37,805 nucleotides of DNA from Patescibacteria group bacterium (GTDB lineage: Bacteria; Patescibacteriota; Minisyncoccia; UBA6257): contig JAUPUN010000004.1 in NCBI GenBank assembly GCA_030917555.1, positions 1-37,805 of the forward strand, written 5' to 3'. Position 1 is the first letter of the stretch. The number at the start of each line of letters is the position of its first letter. Positions 9,434-17,710 of this stretch are shown here, piece after piece. The position numbers and the translations under genes were made by a program. The notes below the pieces were generated by a model. It was not told where the DNA came from. It was given only the letters and a program-made list of their open reading frames with translations, and ran no database searches.

Positions 9434-11584
9434 CTAACGTTTTTCTCCTTGCAAGAGCGAAAATGAATCTTCTAATTTAATGGAAAGAAGCTGGGAACTA
9501 TTATCAGGGCCAATAGTCACTCCATAAATTATTTGAGCTGCTGCCATCGTAGAACGATTATGAGTAATAATAATAAACTGAGTATTCTTTCCTAACTCTG
9601 TTAAAATTTTTGAAAAACGTTGGCTGTTATCTTCATCAAGGGCGGCATCAATTTCATCTAGAATCACTAAAGGCGGCTCAGATTGAGTTACTATTGCCAA
9701 TAACAGAGAAATGGCTACCAAAGTTTTTTCTCCCCCAGAAAGCATCTCTAAACTTTTTAAATCAGTTTTAGGAATATCGATTTTAATATCTACACCCCAA
9801 TAATTTTCTTCCGGAACAGCAGCTAAAATTTCATTCTGGGAGTTATTTTCCAAGGTCTGTTCTGCTCTAGATTTTTTAATTTGCTCCAATCTGGCAAATC
9901 CACCTTGAAACATTAATCGAAAATACTTATTAAAATCTTCATTAATTTCTGACAACGATTTTTCAAAAGTGCTCTCGATCTCTTTTGTTAATTGCTGAAT
10001 TAAAATTTTTAAATCACGGGAACTTTTTTCTAAATCTTCTCTTTGCTGAGTTAAAAATTCATAACGCTGAGTTACTTCTTCGTATTCTTTTTTGACATTA
10101 AGATCTTCTGTTCCGATCTCTGCTATTTCCTTTTTGAGTCGGAAAATTTGTTTTTCCAAAGAGATTAAATCTCCTTCACTTGCTAAAGGGGTAGGCTGAG
10201 CTGCTTCAGCTTTTATCTCTTCTAAAGTTAAATCTGCCTCTTTCAACCTTCGTTCGAAATCCTCCAGGCGTAATTTATATTTTTCTAAAAGCAACTCTTC
10301 TCGCTGTTCTTCTTTGAGCAGATTTTCTCTCTCTAATCTAAGATTATTTATTTGTTCAAAATTGCTCCTAAAATTTTGATTTTTTTGGGTTAATTCTGTT
10401 TGAAATTGTTTAAGACTTGCTCCTTTCAGAGCTATTTTCTCCTCTAATTGACTCAATTGTTCTTGCAGTTTTAATATTGCTGGTTTTTCTTTTGGAGAAG
10501 GCGGTTTCAAACAGGAATCCAGACTAATAAGCAGGTCTTTGATTTGCTGATGAATTGTTTCTATTTCTTCTATTTTTAAAAGTTCTTCCAATTTCTTTTT
10601 TAAGTTGCTAATTTCTTGAGCTAAATCCGCTTCAGTTATTGTGATTTTACTACTCACTTCCTGACGGCCTAATTCTCTTAACAGCTCGGATTTTTGATTT
10701 TGAAGTTCAATAATCTCCTGAGTAATTTTTTGAATTTTATTTTCTAAATCAGCATTTTCGTTCTCTTTCAAAGTTACTAACTTACTTTCTTCTTTCTGAA
10801 TATTTTGGGTTAACTTTTCTATTCGCTCCTTAAGTTCAGCTAGCTTTTCGGTTTGCGGTAAATTATCTCTAACTAGTGATTTCCAAAGATAAGTAAAATA
10901 CTGCCTTTCTTTAAGTTTTAATTCCCCTTCAATCTCCTCCCGTCTTTCCCAACGACTAACTTGTCTCTTTAAAGAACGAAGATGAGGTAAAATTTCTTTT
11001 TCTAGAGCTAAACTCTTATCGAGGTTAATATTAGTTTCTTCTAATTTCCGTTCTGCTTCTTCTTTTTTTAACTCTAAGTTTTTTAAACCTAAAATTTCCT
11101 CTAGCATTATTCTCCTCTCAAGAGGAGAAACCAAAAGTAAACTTTCTACGGCACCTTGATTGATAATAGAAAACCCTTTTAAACCAATTTTAGCGCTAGC
11201 AGTTAAATCAATAATATCTTTTAAGCGACAGGGTTTATGATTCAAAAAATAGCTATTTTCGCCAGATCTTTCAATCCTTCTTAAGATGCTAATCTCATTA
11301 TAATCTGAATTAAACAGATGAAGCTGATTATCAAAAATTAGTTCTACTTCGCATAAAGAAGCAGCTGTTTCCTTCTTATTGCCAGCAAAAATTAAATCTT
11401 CTCCTTTTTCTACTCTTAAATTTTTAAAGCTTTGCTCTCCTAAAGCCCAACGAATAGCATCGACAATATTAGATTTTCCAGAACCATTAGGTCCCACAAT
11501 GGCAGTAATTAAAGAGGGCAGGTCTATTACTACCTTCCCTTTAAAAGATTTAAAATTTTTGAGAATTATTTTTTGTAAAAACAC
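9434..11584 (-). CDS. smc: SMC-family chromosome partition ATPase, unusually short, with no recognisable hinge domain
   Basis: N-terminal head has LKNFKSF and Walker A GPNGSGKSNIVDAIRWALGEQS. C-terminal head has LSGGEKTLVAISLLLAI and Walker B LVILDEIDAALD. The track ORF starts at a TTG at 11605, but the GTG at 11584 gives MFLQKIILKNFKSF, the canonical SMC N-terminus, and removes the overlap with rnc. Confidence 0.85.
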   Translation of the reverse strand: MFLQKIILKNFKSFKGKVVIDLPSLITAIVGPNGSGKSNIVDAIRWALGEQSFKNLRVEKGEDLIFAGNKKETAASLCEVELIFDNQLHLFNSDYNEISILRRIERSGENSYFLNHKPCRLKDIIDLTASAKIGLKGFSIINQGAVESLLLVSPLERRIMLEEILGLKNLELKKEEAERKLEETNINLDKSLALEKEILPHLRSLKRQVSRWERREEIEGELKLKERQYFTYLWKSLVRDNLPQTEKLAELKERIEKLTQNIQKEESKLVTLKENENADLENKIQKITQEIIELQNQKSELLRELGRQEVSSKITITEADLAQEISNLKKKLEELLKIEEIETIHQQIKDLLISLDSCLKPPSPKEKPAILKLQEQLSQLEEKIALKGASLKQFQTELTQKNQNFRSNFEQINNLRLERENLLKEEQREELLLEKYKLRLEDFERRLKEADLTLEEIKAEAAQPTPLASEGDLISLEKQIFRLKKEIAEIGTEDLNVKKEYEEVTQRYEFLTQQREDLEKSSRDLKILIQQLTKEIESTFEKSLSEINEDFNKYFRLMFQGGFARLEQIKKSRAEQTLENNSQNEILAAVPEENYWGVDIKIDIPKTDLKSLEMLSGGEKTLVAISLLLAIVTQSEPPLVILDEIDAALDEDNSQRFSKILTELGKNTQFIIITHNRSTMAAAQIIYGVTIGPDNSSQLLSIKLEDSFSLLQGEKR

Positions 11585-11595
11585 AAAGATAAAAA

Positions 11596-12291
11596 TTACT
11601 GCCAACCTTTAAGTTTCAAAGCAGTGTCAGCGGCTTGCAATTCCGCTTCCTGCTTAGAATAACCCTGACCAGTAGCTACTAATTCATCTTTGAGATAGAC
11701 CCCTACTTCAAATTGCTTATTATGATCAGGTCCCCAAGATTTTAAAGTTTTATAATTAGGCGTAATACCTAGAATTTCCTGACTTTTTTCCTGAAAAAGA
11801 CTCTTGGCATCTTTATAAGATGAAGTTTTTAGAATTTCCTCAGTTTTGGGGAAAAAATATTTTTGAATAAACTGGCGGGCTTTTTCTATGCCTCCGTCTA
11901 AATACAAAGCTCCTATTAAGGCCTCGACTGCATTAGAAAGAATATAGGACCGAGGATTTTGAAAATCTTTAGCTTCTCCTTTGGACACTAATAAATATTT
12001 TTCAAGCTGTAGTTGATGAGCTACTGAGAGTAAAGAATCGCTATTAACTAAAGCAGCCCTTAAGCTAGTTAGAGCTCCTTCTTGAAGTTCAGGATATTGT
12101 TGCACTAAATAATCAGCTACTACAAAACCTAAAACTGCATCACCTAAAAATTCTAATTTTTCGTTATGAGGTAATTTCCACTCCCGATGCTCATTTAAAA
12201 AAGAGCGATGGGTTAGAGCTTCAGCTAAGAAATCTAAATTATTAAAAGATAGACCTAACTCTTCACTGACTTGCTTAAAATCTTGAATCAT
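11596..12291 (-). CDS. rnc: Ribonuclease III
   Basis: 231 aa. RNase III signature NEKLEFLGDAVLGFVV plus a C-terminal dsRBD. The rnc-smc order is conserved. Confidence 0.95.
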   Translation of the reverse strand: MIQDFKQVSEELGLSFNNLDFLAEALTHRSFLNEHREWKLPHNEKLEFLGDAVLGFVVADYLVQQYPELQEGALTSLRAALVNSDSLLSVAHQLQLEKYLLVSKGEAKDFQNPRSYILSNAVEALIGALYLDGGIEKARQFIQKYFFPKTEEILKTSSYKDAKSLFQEKSQEILGITPNYKTLKSWGPDHNKQFEVGVYLKDELVATGQGYSKQEAELQAADTALKLKGWQ

Positions 12292-12299
12292 GACTTAAT

Positions 12300-12785
12300 T
12301 TAATTATTTAATTCAGAGGCTTGCCCCTGATTACCCAAAGTTTCTTCTAGTTGTCGATAAATCGTACCCAAGACACCGTTTACAAATCTTCTGGAAGAAT
12401 CACCCCCAAAATGTTTAGCTAATTCTACTGCTTCATTAATAGCTACTTTAGGCGGTACTTCTTTTTTATCGCCAAAAATTAATTCAAAAATTCCTATTCT
12501 TAAAACATTTCTATCAATAATATTAATTTGTTCTAAGGGCCACTCTGGCGCTCCACTCTCGATTAATTTATTTAATTCATCCCAGTGAGCTAAAATTCCT
12601 TGAAGCAACCGTTGAGGATAATCAGTATCTTCTAAACCCCGGCCTAAAGTTTCTAAATTTCTTTCAAAAACTGCTTTAATCTCTTCTAGCTTCAAATTAC
12701 GAAAATCGCCTTCGTAAAGTGATTGCAAAACTATGGAACGACTTAAATGACGAGAACCCATAGCAGTAAAATTATCAAATCCCAA
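12300..12785 (-). CDS. nusB: Transcription antitermination factor NusB
   Basis: 161 aa. [11 protein letters not shown]... and [26 protein letters not shown]. The start codon is TTG (plus-strand caa at 12783-12785). Confidence 0.9.
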   Translation of the reverse strand: MGFDNFTAMGSRHLSRSIVLQSLYEGDFRNLKLEEIKAVFERNLETLGRGLEDTDYPQRLLQGILAHWDELNKLIESGAPEWPLEQINIIDRNVLRIGIFELIFGDKKEVPPKVAINEAVELAKHFGGDSSRRFVNGVLGTIYRQLEETLGNQGQASELNN

Positions 12786-12786
12786 T

Positions 12787-12868
12787 TTCTAATTTCTAAT
12801 CCGCCAGCTGGCGGATTAGACATTGAGCATTTAGAAATTGATTAGAATAATTAGGTTAATTAGAATAA
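12787..12868. repeat. Second copy of the heptamer/inverted-repeat family, centred on a perfect 26-bp palindrome (12795-12820)
   Basis: ttctaat ttctaat, then ccgccagctggcgg, then attagac attgagc atttaga ... attaggttaattagaa. The palindrome tctaatccgccagctggcggattaga was read directly. Confidence 0.9.
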
Positions 12869-12885
12869 TTTTATTAAGTTTCTAT

Positions 12886-13116
12886 CTATTTATTTTCTAT
12901 TTCTTTTTCTTTGATTTTCTTTTCTTTCTTAGAGAGGCCTCGATAAACATCAATAATTTCTTTTTCCTGATAATAACCACAATAAGGACAGACTCGATGA
13001 GGTACAATTTTTCTGCCGCAATGAGGACATTTTGCCAAATTTAAATTTTTTAGAGCCGAATGAGAACGTCTCTTATTAATCCGTGAACGTGAATGATGAC
13101 GTGCTGGTAATGCCAT
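12886..13116 (-). CDS. rpmF: 50S ribosomal protein L32 with a K/E-rich C-terminal extension
   Basis: MALPARHHSRSRINKRRSH plus the zinc ribbon CPHCG...CPYCG. Confidence 0.92.
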   Translation of the reverse strand: MALPARHHSRSRINKRRSHSALKNLNLAKCPHCGRKIVPHRVCPYCGYYQEKEIIDVYRGLSKKEKKIKEKEIENK

Positions 13117-13201
13117 AACAAATAATTTTTATTTTAAATTTTTAATTTTTAAACAAAATATAATCTTTAGAAGAATAGCATAAAAAATTTCTAAAAACAA
13201 G

Positions 13202-16150
13202 CTAAATTTTCTGGATCTTTAAACCAATCTTCTCCCCATTGATATCAACTCCTTCTGTTATTTCCTGAGTAGTCAAACGGATGTTAATCCCCCCAGCTCC
13301 AGTTTCTTGTTGAATCAAATCCTTCCATTGGTCGAATGTTGAGGCTAATTTTTGAGTAACCACTTCTAAATCAACTCTAATTGTATCTTGCGGCACCAAA
13401 TTTTGGTTTTTTCTTTGCTCTTGGATTAGTCTAATCAAATCTCGAATTAGACCTTCTTGGAGCAATTCCTCTGTCAGAGTAGTATCTAAAACTACCTTCT
13501 CTTCTAGTTGAGGATTAAAAATTATTTCTTTAACATTTACTTCTTCTTTAATTAATTGCAGCAATTCCGGATAGTTTTGAAGAGCTGCATCTTTTAAGGT
13601 TAATTTTAAGAGAGGTTGTCGGACTTTCAGATTAGCTTTTTGTCTCATACTTAAGGATAAAGCCGCTATCTCGCGTGCCTCTTTCATTAGTTTTAATAAA
13701 TTATCATTCTCGAAATCTTGAAATACTTTAGGATAATTAGCTAAATGAATACTTAAAGGCTCAGTTTGATCTCTTAACTCTTGCCATAAAGTTTCGGTCA
13801 GAAAAGGACAAAAAGGCGCCAAGAGCAGAGAAAATTGTTTTAAAACAGTCTTTAACACCCAAGAGCTAGCTTGCCATTCTTCAGGAGAAGTAGCTTTCTG
13901 GAAAATACGTCTAGCTCGTCTTAAATACCAACGAGAAAAATCGTCTACAAAGTTATCCAAAGTTTTAGCTGCCTCAAACACTTCATAATTATCTAAATGG
14001 CTAATAACTTCTTTCTTTGTTTCTTCTAAATCAGCCAAAATCCATTGATTGAGAAGAGAAAAAGTTTGAGGAGGTTCTTGTTTGTCTTTAAAAGCATAAG
14101 TCTCATAAAACAGAAAAATATTCCAGAAAGTATTCAAAAAACGCCGTTGCGAAATTACTAAATCAGCTTCTGAAAATCTTTTTTCTTCGCCGGGGCTATT
14201 CAAGGTAAAAAGATACCATCTTAAAGTATCAGCTCCATACTTCTCTATAATGTCTAAAGGCGCTACCACGTTTCCTTTAGATTTGGACATTTTTTCTCCT
14301 TTGGCATCTAAAATTAAACCCAAGCTAATCACATTTTTATAAGCTGGACCAAAATCCATCAAAGTGGAGATAGCTAAAAGAGTATAAAACCAACCTCGCG
14401 TCTGATCTACTGCTTCACAAATAAAATCAGCCGGGAAGGGAATTTGTTTAATTAAATCTGGATAAGAGTTTTCTGCCTTGCTTAAATCTTTGGTTTGCTC
14501 AAAAGGAAAATGATATTGAGCATAAGGCATAGAACCTGAATCAAACCAACAATCAATAACTTCTTCTCTTCTTGACATTTCCTTACCGCAATTGGGACAT
14601 TTAATCTTTATTTCATCAACATAGGGACGATGTAAATCAATTTCTCCTTCGTCATTAAGAGGTAATTTTTGGTCAAGAGATTTTTCTTGTAATTCCTGAA
14701 GAGAACCTATTACTTCCAAATGATGGCAATCGGAACATTCCCAAATAGGTAACGGAGTACCCCAATAGCGATTGCGAGACAAAGCCCAATCTTTAATATC
14801 TCTTAGCCACTGACCGAATCTTCCTTCCTTGAGATGAGCTGGTACCCAATTAATTTGCTGATTATTACTTAAAAGTTGCTCTTTAACTTGAGTCATCTTT
14901 AAATACCAAGCCTCGAAAGCAAAATAAATTAAAGGCGTATGACAACGCCAACAAAAAGGATATTCATGAGTAGTTCCTTTTAAATCTCCCTCTAAGAGTA
15001 TCTTTCGTGTTATTAAATTTTGGAAAATCAGGGGATCAGCCTCTTTAAAAAATTTACCCTTAATTTCTGGAATCTCAGGGGGTGCCTCTAAAAAACAACC
15101 TTTCTCATCAATATTTTTAATAAATGCTAAATTTTCCTTTTTCCCTGCTTCTAAATCGTCTTCTCCAAAAGCAGGGGCTAAATGAACAATACCAGTGCCT
15201 TCTTCAGTAGAAATAAAATCAGCCCCTATTACTTCGTACCTTTTTTTCTCTTCTTGAGAGCTAAAATCATAAGAATAAAGAGGTTGATATTTTAAACCTA
15301 TTAACTCTTGACCTTTTATTTTGCCTTTCAATTCTGCTTCTACCTGAGGTGGCTTCAGATAGCTTATTAGTATTTCCTCTCCAATTTGCCAAAGAGAATA
15401 ATCTAATTTAGGATCAACAGCTAAGCCTACATTAGCTGGGAGAGTCCAAGGCGTAGTAGTCCAAACCAAAAGATAGAATTTGGAATTTGGAATTTGGAAT
15501 TTATTTAAAATTGCGGATTTGGGATTGAGAATTTCAAATTTGATATATATTGAGGGATCCTGAACTACTGCATAACCTTGGGCTACTTCATGGCTTGATA
15601 AAGGAGTGCTACAACGAGGGCAATAAGGCAAAACTTTATAGTTTTGATAAAGAAGCCCTTTCTGAAAAATTTGCTTTAAAAGCCACCAAACAGTTTCAAT
15701 ATAATTAGTTTCAAAAGTAATATACGGATGTTTGGTATCTATCCAATAACCCATTCTTTCAGTTAACCTTTCCCACTCTTCTTTGTAACGCCAGACGGAA
15801 GCTTTTGCTTTTTTATTAAATTCCTTAATGCCATATTCCTCGATTTGAGTTTTATTTTTAAAACCTAATTCTTTCTCTACTTCCAGTTCTACGGGTAAGC
15901 CATGAGTATCCCAACCAGCTTTTCTTTCTACTAAAAATCCTTGCATAGTTTTGTAACGGCAAATCAGATCTTTAAAAGAACGAGCTAAAACATGATGAAT
16001 ACCCGGCAAACCATTGGCAGTAGGAGGACCTTCGTAAAACACAAAAGGCTGAGCATTACGACGTTGTTTAATACTTTCTTCAAAAATCTGATGCTCTTGC
16101 CAAAATGATAAAACCTCTTTTTCTTTTTTAATAAATTCTAATTCTTCCAT
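13202..16150 (-). CDS. ileS: Isoleucyl-tRNA synthetase, type 2 (eukaryote-like) class
   Basis: 982 aa. FVFYEGPPTANGLPGIHHV, WTTTPWTLPAN and KMSKSKGN. The N-terminal region matches the type-2 pattern (YEGPPTANG..., RKAGWDTHGLPVELEVEK). Confidence 0.96.
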   Translation of the reverse strand: MEELEFIKKEKEVLSFWQEHQIFEESIKQRRNAQPFVFYEGPPTANGLPGIHHVLARSFKDLICRYKTMQGFLVERKAGWDTHGLPVELEVEKELGFKNKTQIEEYGIKEFNKKAKASVWRYKEEWERLTERMGYWIDTKHPYITFETNYIETVWWLLKQIFQKGLLYQNYKVLPYCPRCSTPLSSHEVAQGYAVVQDPSIYIKFEILNPKSAILNKFQIPNSKFYLLVWTTTPWTLPANVGLAVDPKLDYSLWQIGEEILISYLKPPQVEAELKGKIKGQELIGLKYQPLYSYDFSSQEEKKRYEVIGADFISTEEGTGIVHLAPAFGEDDLEAGKKENLAFIKNIDEKGCFLEAPPEIPEIKGKFFKEADPLIFQNLITRKILLEGDLKGTTHEYPFCWRCHTPLIYFAFEAWYLKMTQVKEQLLSNNQQINWVPAHLKEGRFGQWLRDIKDWALSRNRYWGTPLPIWECSDCHHLEVIGSLQELQEKSLDQKLPLNDEGEIDLHRPYVDEIKIKCPNCGKEMSRREEVIDCWFDSGSMPYAQYHFPFEQTKDLSKAENSYPDLIKQIPFPADFICEAVDQTRGWFYTLLAISTLMDFGPAYKNVISLGLILDAKGEKMSKSKGNVVAPLDIIEKYGADTLRWYLFTLNSPGEEKRFSEADLVISQRRFLNTFWNIFLFYETYAFKDKQEPPQTFSLLNQWILADLEETKKEVISHLDNYEVFEAAKTLDNFVDDFSRWYLRRARRIFQKATSPEEWQASSWVLKTVLKQFSLLLAPFCPFLTETLWQELRDQTEPLSIHLANYPKVFQDFENDNLLKLMKEAREIAALSLSMRQKANLKVRQPLLKLTLKDAALQNYPELLQLIKEEVNVKEIIFNPQLEEKVVLDTTLTEELLQEGLIRDLIRLIQEQRKNQNLVPQDTIRVDLEVVTQKLASTFDQWKDLIQQETGAGGINIRLTTQEITEGVDINGEKIGLKIQKI
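15476..15542. repeat. Heptamer tract embedded in frame within ileS
   Basis: gaatttg x3, gaattta, an 11-nt break, then ggatttg ggattga gaatttc aaatttg. On the minus strand it encodes IKFEILNPKSAILNKFQIPNSKF. Confidence 0.8.
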
Positions 16151-16174
16151 AAGCTGAATAATTTAATAATAGTA

Positions 16175-16183
16175 TGATATAAT
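16175..16183 (+). promoter_or_regulatory. Extended -10 box TGATATAAT for smpB-ssrA
   Basis: Exact TGnTATAAT match ending 12 nt before the smpB ATG. No Shine-Dalgarno sequence lies between them. Confidence 0.4.
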
Positions 16184-16195
16184 AAAAAAACCAAG

Positions 16196-16666
16196 ATGAC
16201 AAGCCGAAAAACAACTACTGATTTAATTCTTAATCGCAAAGCCAGATTCAACTATGAAATAAAAGAAACATGGGAAGCTGGTTTAGTTTTGAGTGGTGCC
16301 GAAGTAAAATCCGTTAGAGCTGGTAAAATAGATCTCTCTGGAGCCTATGTGGTCATTAAAAACCAAGAGGCTTTTTTGATTAACGCCTCAATTTCTCCTT
16401 ATCAACCGCAAAACCTTACTACTCATTACGACCCTTTAAGAAGTCGAAAACTATTGCTCAAAAAACGGGAAATTGCTTATTTATCTCAAAAATTAAAAGA
16501 AGGAGGTTTGACTTTAATCCCCTTAAAGGTATATAATAAAAATGGTTTACTGAAACTTGAAATTGGTTTAGCTAAACGACAAAAGAAATTTGATAAAAGA
16601 GAAGCTCTCAAAAAGAAAGAATCAAGACAAAAAATACAACGAGCTAAATTAGAGTTTAGAGTTTAG
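16196..16666 (+). CDS. smpB: SsrA-binding protein SmpB
   Basis: 156 aa. NRKARFNYEI, GAEVKS, and a basic C-terminal tail. Lies directly upstream of the tmRNA gene. Confidence 0.95.
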   Translation: MTSRKTTTDLILNRKARFNYEIKETWEAGLVLSGAEVKSVRAGKIDLSGAYVVIKNQEAFLINASISPYQPQNLTTHYDPLRSRKLLLKKREIAYLSQKLKEGGLTLIPLKVYNKNGLLKLEIGLAKRQKKFDKREALKKKESRQKIQRAKLEFRV

Positions 16667-16739
16667 GATTTAGAGTTTAGAGTTTAGGATTTAGAGTTTA
16701 GAGTTTAGAATTTAGAGTTTAGGATTTAGGATTTAATTA
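16649..16739. repeat. Twelve tandem heptamers (TTAGAGT/TTAGGAT/TTAGAAT), organised as a 21-bp super-unit, plus one degenerate unit
   Basis: Read directly. Units start at 16649 and continue every 7 nt to 16732. The smpB TAG stop (16664-16666) is inside unit 3, and the array ends 2 nt before the tmRNA 5' end. Confidence 0.95.
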
Positions 16740-16741
16740 AA

Positions 16742-17115
16742 GGGGATGCCTGGTTTCGATAAGAAGGAAATTGATAATACGCGAGCTGAGGAAGCTTCGT
16801 TAGCTCATTAAAATCGAAGCGGCAATTAAATGCCAATCGAATTCCAGCTTATGCTTATGCCTAAGAACGTAAGCTAAGCTTTGCTCCTCTCTAAAGGGGA
16901 ATTCCTCTAATTGGCGCCTGACCAATTAGCAGGAATTTAAATTTCAGGCTAGAGAGAAAATTAAGTTCTCCGCTTAATTTCTCTTGACCTTTTTCGGAGA
17001 GTTTTAAGAAAAGGTTTGTTCAGCCACCTCTCTTAAGACTAGCAAAGCTGAACTACGCTCGTAGCAGTATTATCAAGGAACTTCTTAGACGCGAGTCCAA
17101 CTCTCGCCATCTCCA
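16742..17115 (+). ncRNA. ssrA: tmRNA (SsrA), one-piece
   Basis: The 5' end ggggatg pairs with the 3' end catctcc, including a G3-U pair. The 3' end agacgcgagtccaactctcgccatctcca closely matches the E. coli tmRNA 3' end. The tag frame GCC AAT CGA ATT CCA GCT TAT GCT TAT GCC TAA (16832-16864) gives ANRIPAYAYA. The full CCA is not encoded. Confidence 0.9.
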
Positions 17116-17229
17116 CTCCTTTATCTTAGTTAGTATTGTGTTTTCTTTAATAAAATAAGTGCCTATCGCTTTGAAAAATATCTTAAAAGCGGTTCTGGAA
17201 GAGCTTTTATAAATAAACATCTTTCCTAA

Positions 17230-17706
17230 ATGGAGTCTAAGCAAATTCGTCTCATCGATCGAGAAGGAAAATTAGTTGGAATCATGCCTTATCATGAGGC
17301 TCTTTTAAAAGCGCAAGAACAACAACTAGATCTTGTAGAAATCAGCGCTAAAGCCAATCCCCCAGTTTATAAATTGGGAGATGCTAGCAAAATAAAATAC
17401 GAAAAAGAAAAAAAACTGAAAGCTCAAAAACTAAAGGAAAGGCAAGCAGCACCAAAAATTCTCAGAATAGGATTTAATGAAGGAACTCATGATTTAATGA
17501 TTAAGAGCAAAAAAATCGAGGAATTTCTGAATGAAAATAGAATTGTGACTATTGAAATGAGGCTTCACGGCAGAGAAAAAGCTCATTTCGATTTAGCAAA
17601 AACCAAAATGGAAAATTTTTTAAAGCTTATTTCTCTGCCCTATAAAATAATCCAACCTATTCAAAGATCACCTCAAGGTTTTCTAGTAAGTTTAAAGAAA
17701 AATTAA
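17230..17706 (+). CDS. infC: Translation initiation factor IF-3
   Basis: 158 aa. IRLIDREGKLVGIM and LDLVEIS..ANPPVYKL. ATG start with an in-frame TAA immediately upstream. infC-rpmI-rplT order. Confidence 0.93.
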   Translation: MESKQIRLIDREGKLVGIMPYHEALLKAQEQQLDLVEISAKANPPVYKLGDASKIKYEKEKKLKAQKLKERQAAPKILRIGFNEGTHDLMIKSKKIEEFLNENRIVTIEMRLHGREKAHFDLAKTKMENFLKLISLPYKIIQPIQRSPQGFLVSLKKN

Positions 17707-17710
17707 TTGT

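Noticed and set aside
13124-13158. Weak 7-bp periodicity upstream of rpmF (aattttt attttaa attttta attttta). A similar tract lies at 27384-27418 upstream of rpsT.
   Set aside because: The units are almost pure A/T and degenerate. In DNA this A+T-rich, such phasing can arise by chance. I note them as possible family members only.
16649-16739. Possibility that the tandem repeats here, and at 8083-8229 and 12787-12868, are a CRISPR array or telomere-type repeats
   Set aside because: The units are 7 bp with no spacers and there are no cas genes, so this is not CRISPR. The TTAGGAT/TTAGAGT units only resemble TTTAGGG, and they lie internally between bacterial housekeeping genes, so they are not chromosome ends.
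17116-17229. L20-binding leader or attenuator upstream of infC
   Set aside because: Only short A+T-rich hairpins (cgcttt/aaagcg and aaaagc/gctttt) are present, and I see no convincing mimic of the L20 rRNA binding site.
17053-17244. 63-aa minus-strand ORF
   Set aside because: It runs antisense across the conserved 3' end of the tmRNA gene and into the infC start. There is no protein-like signature.
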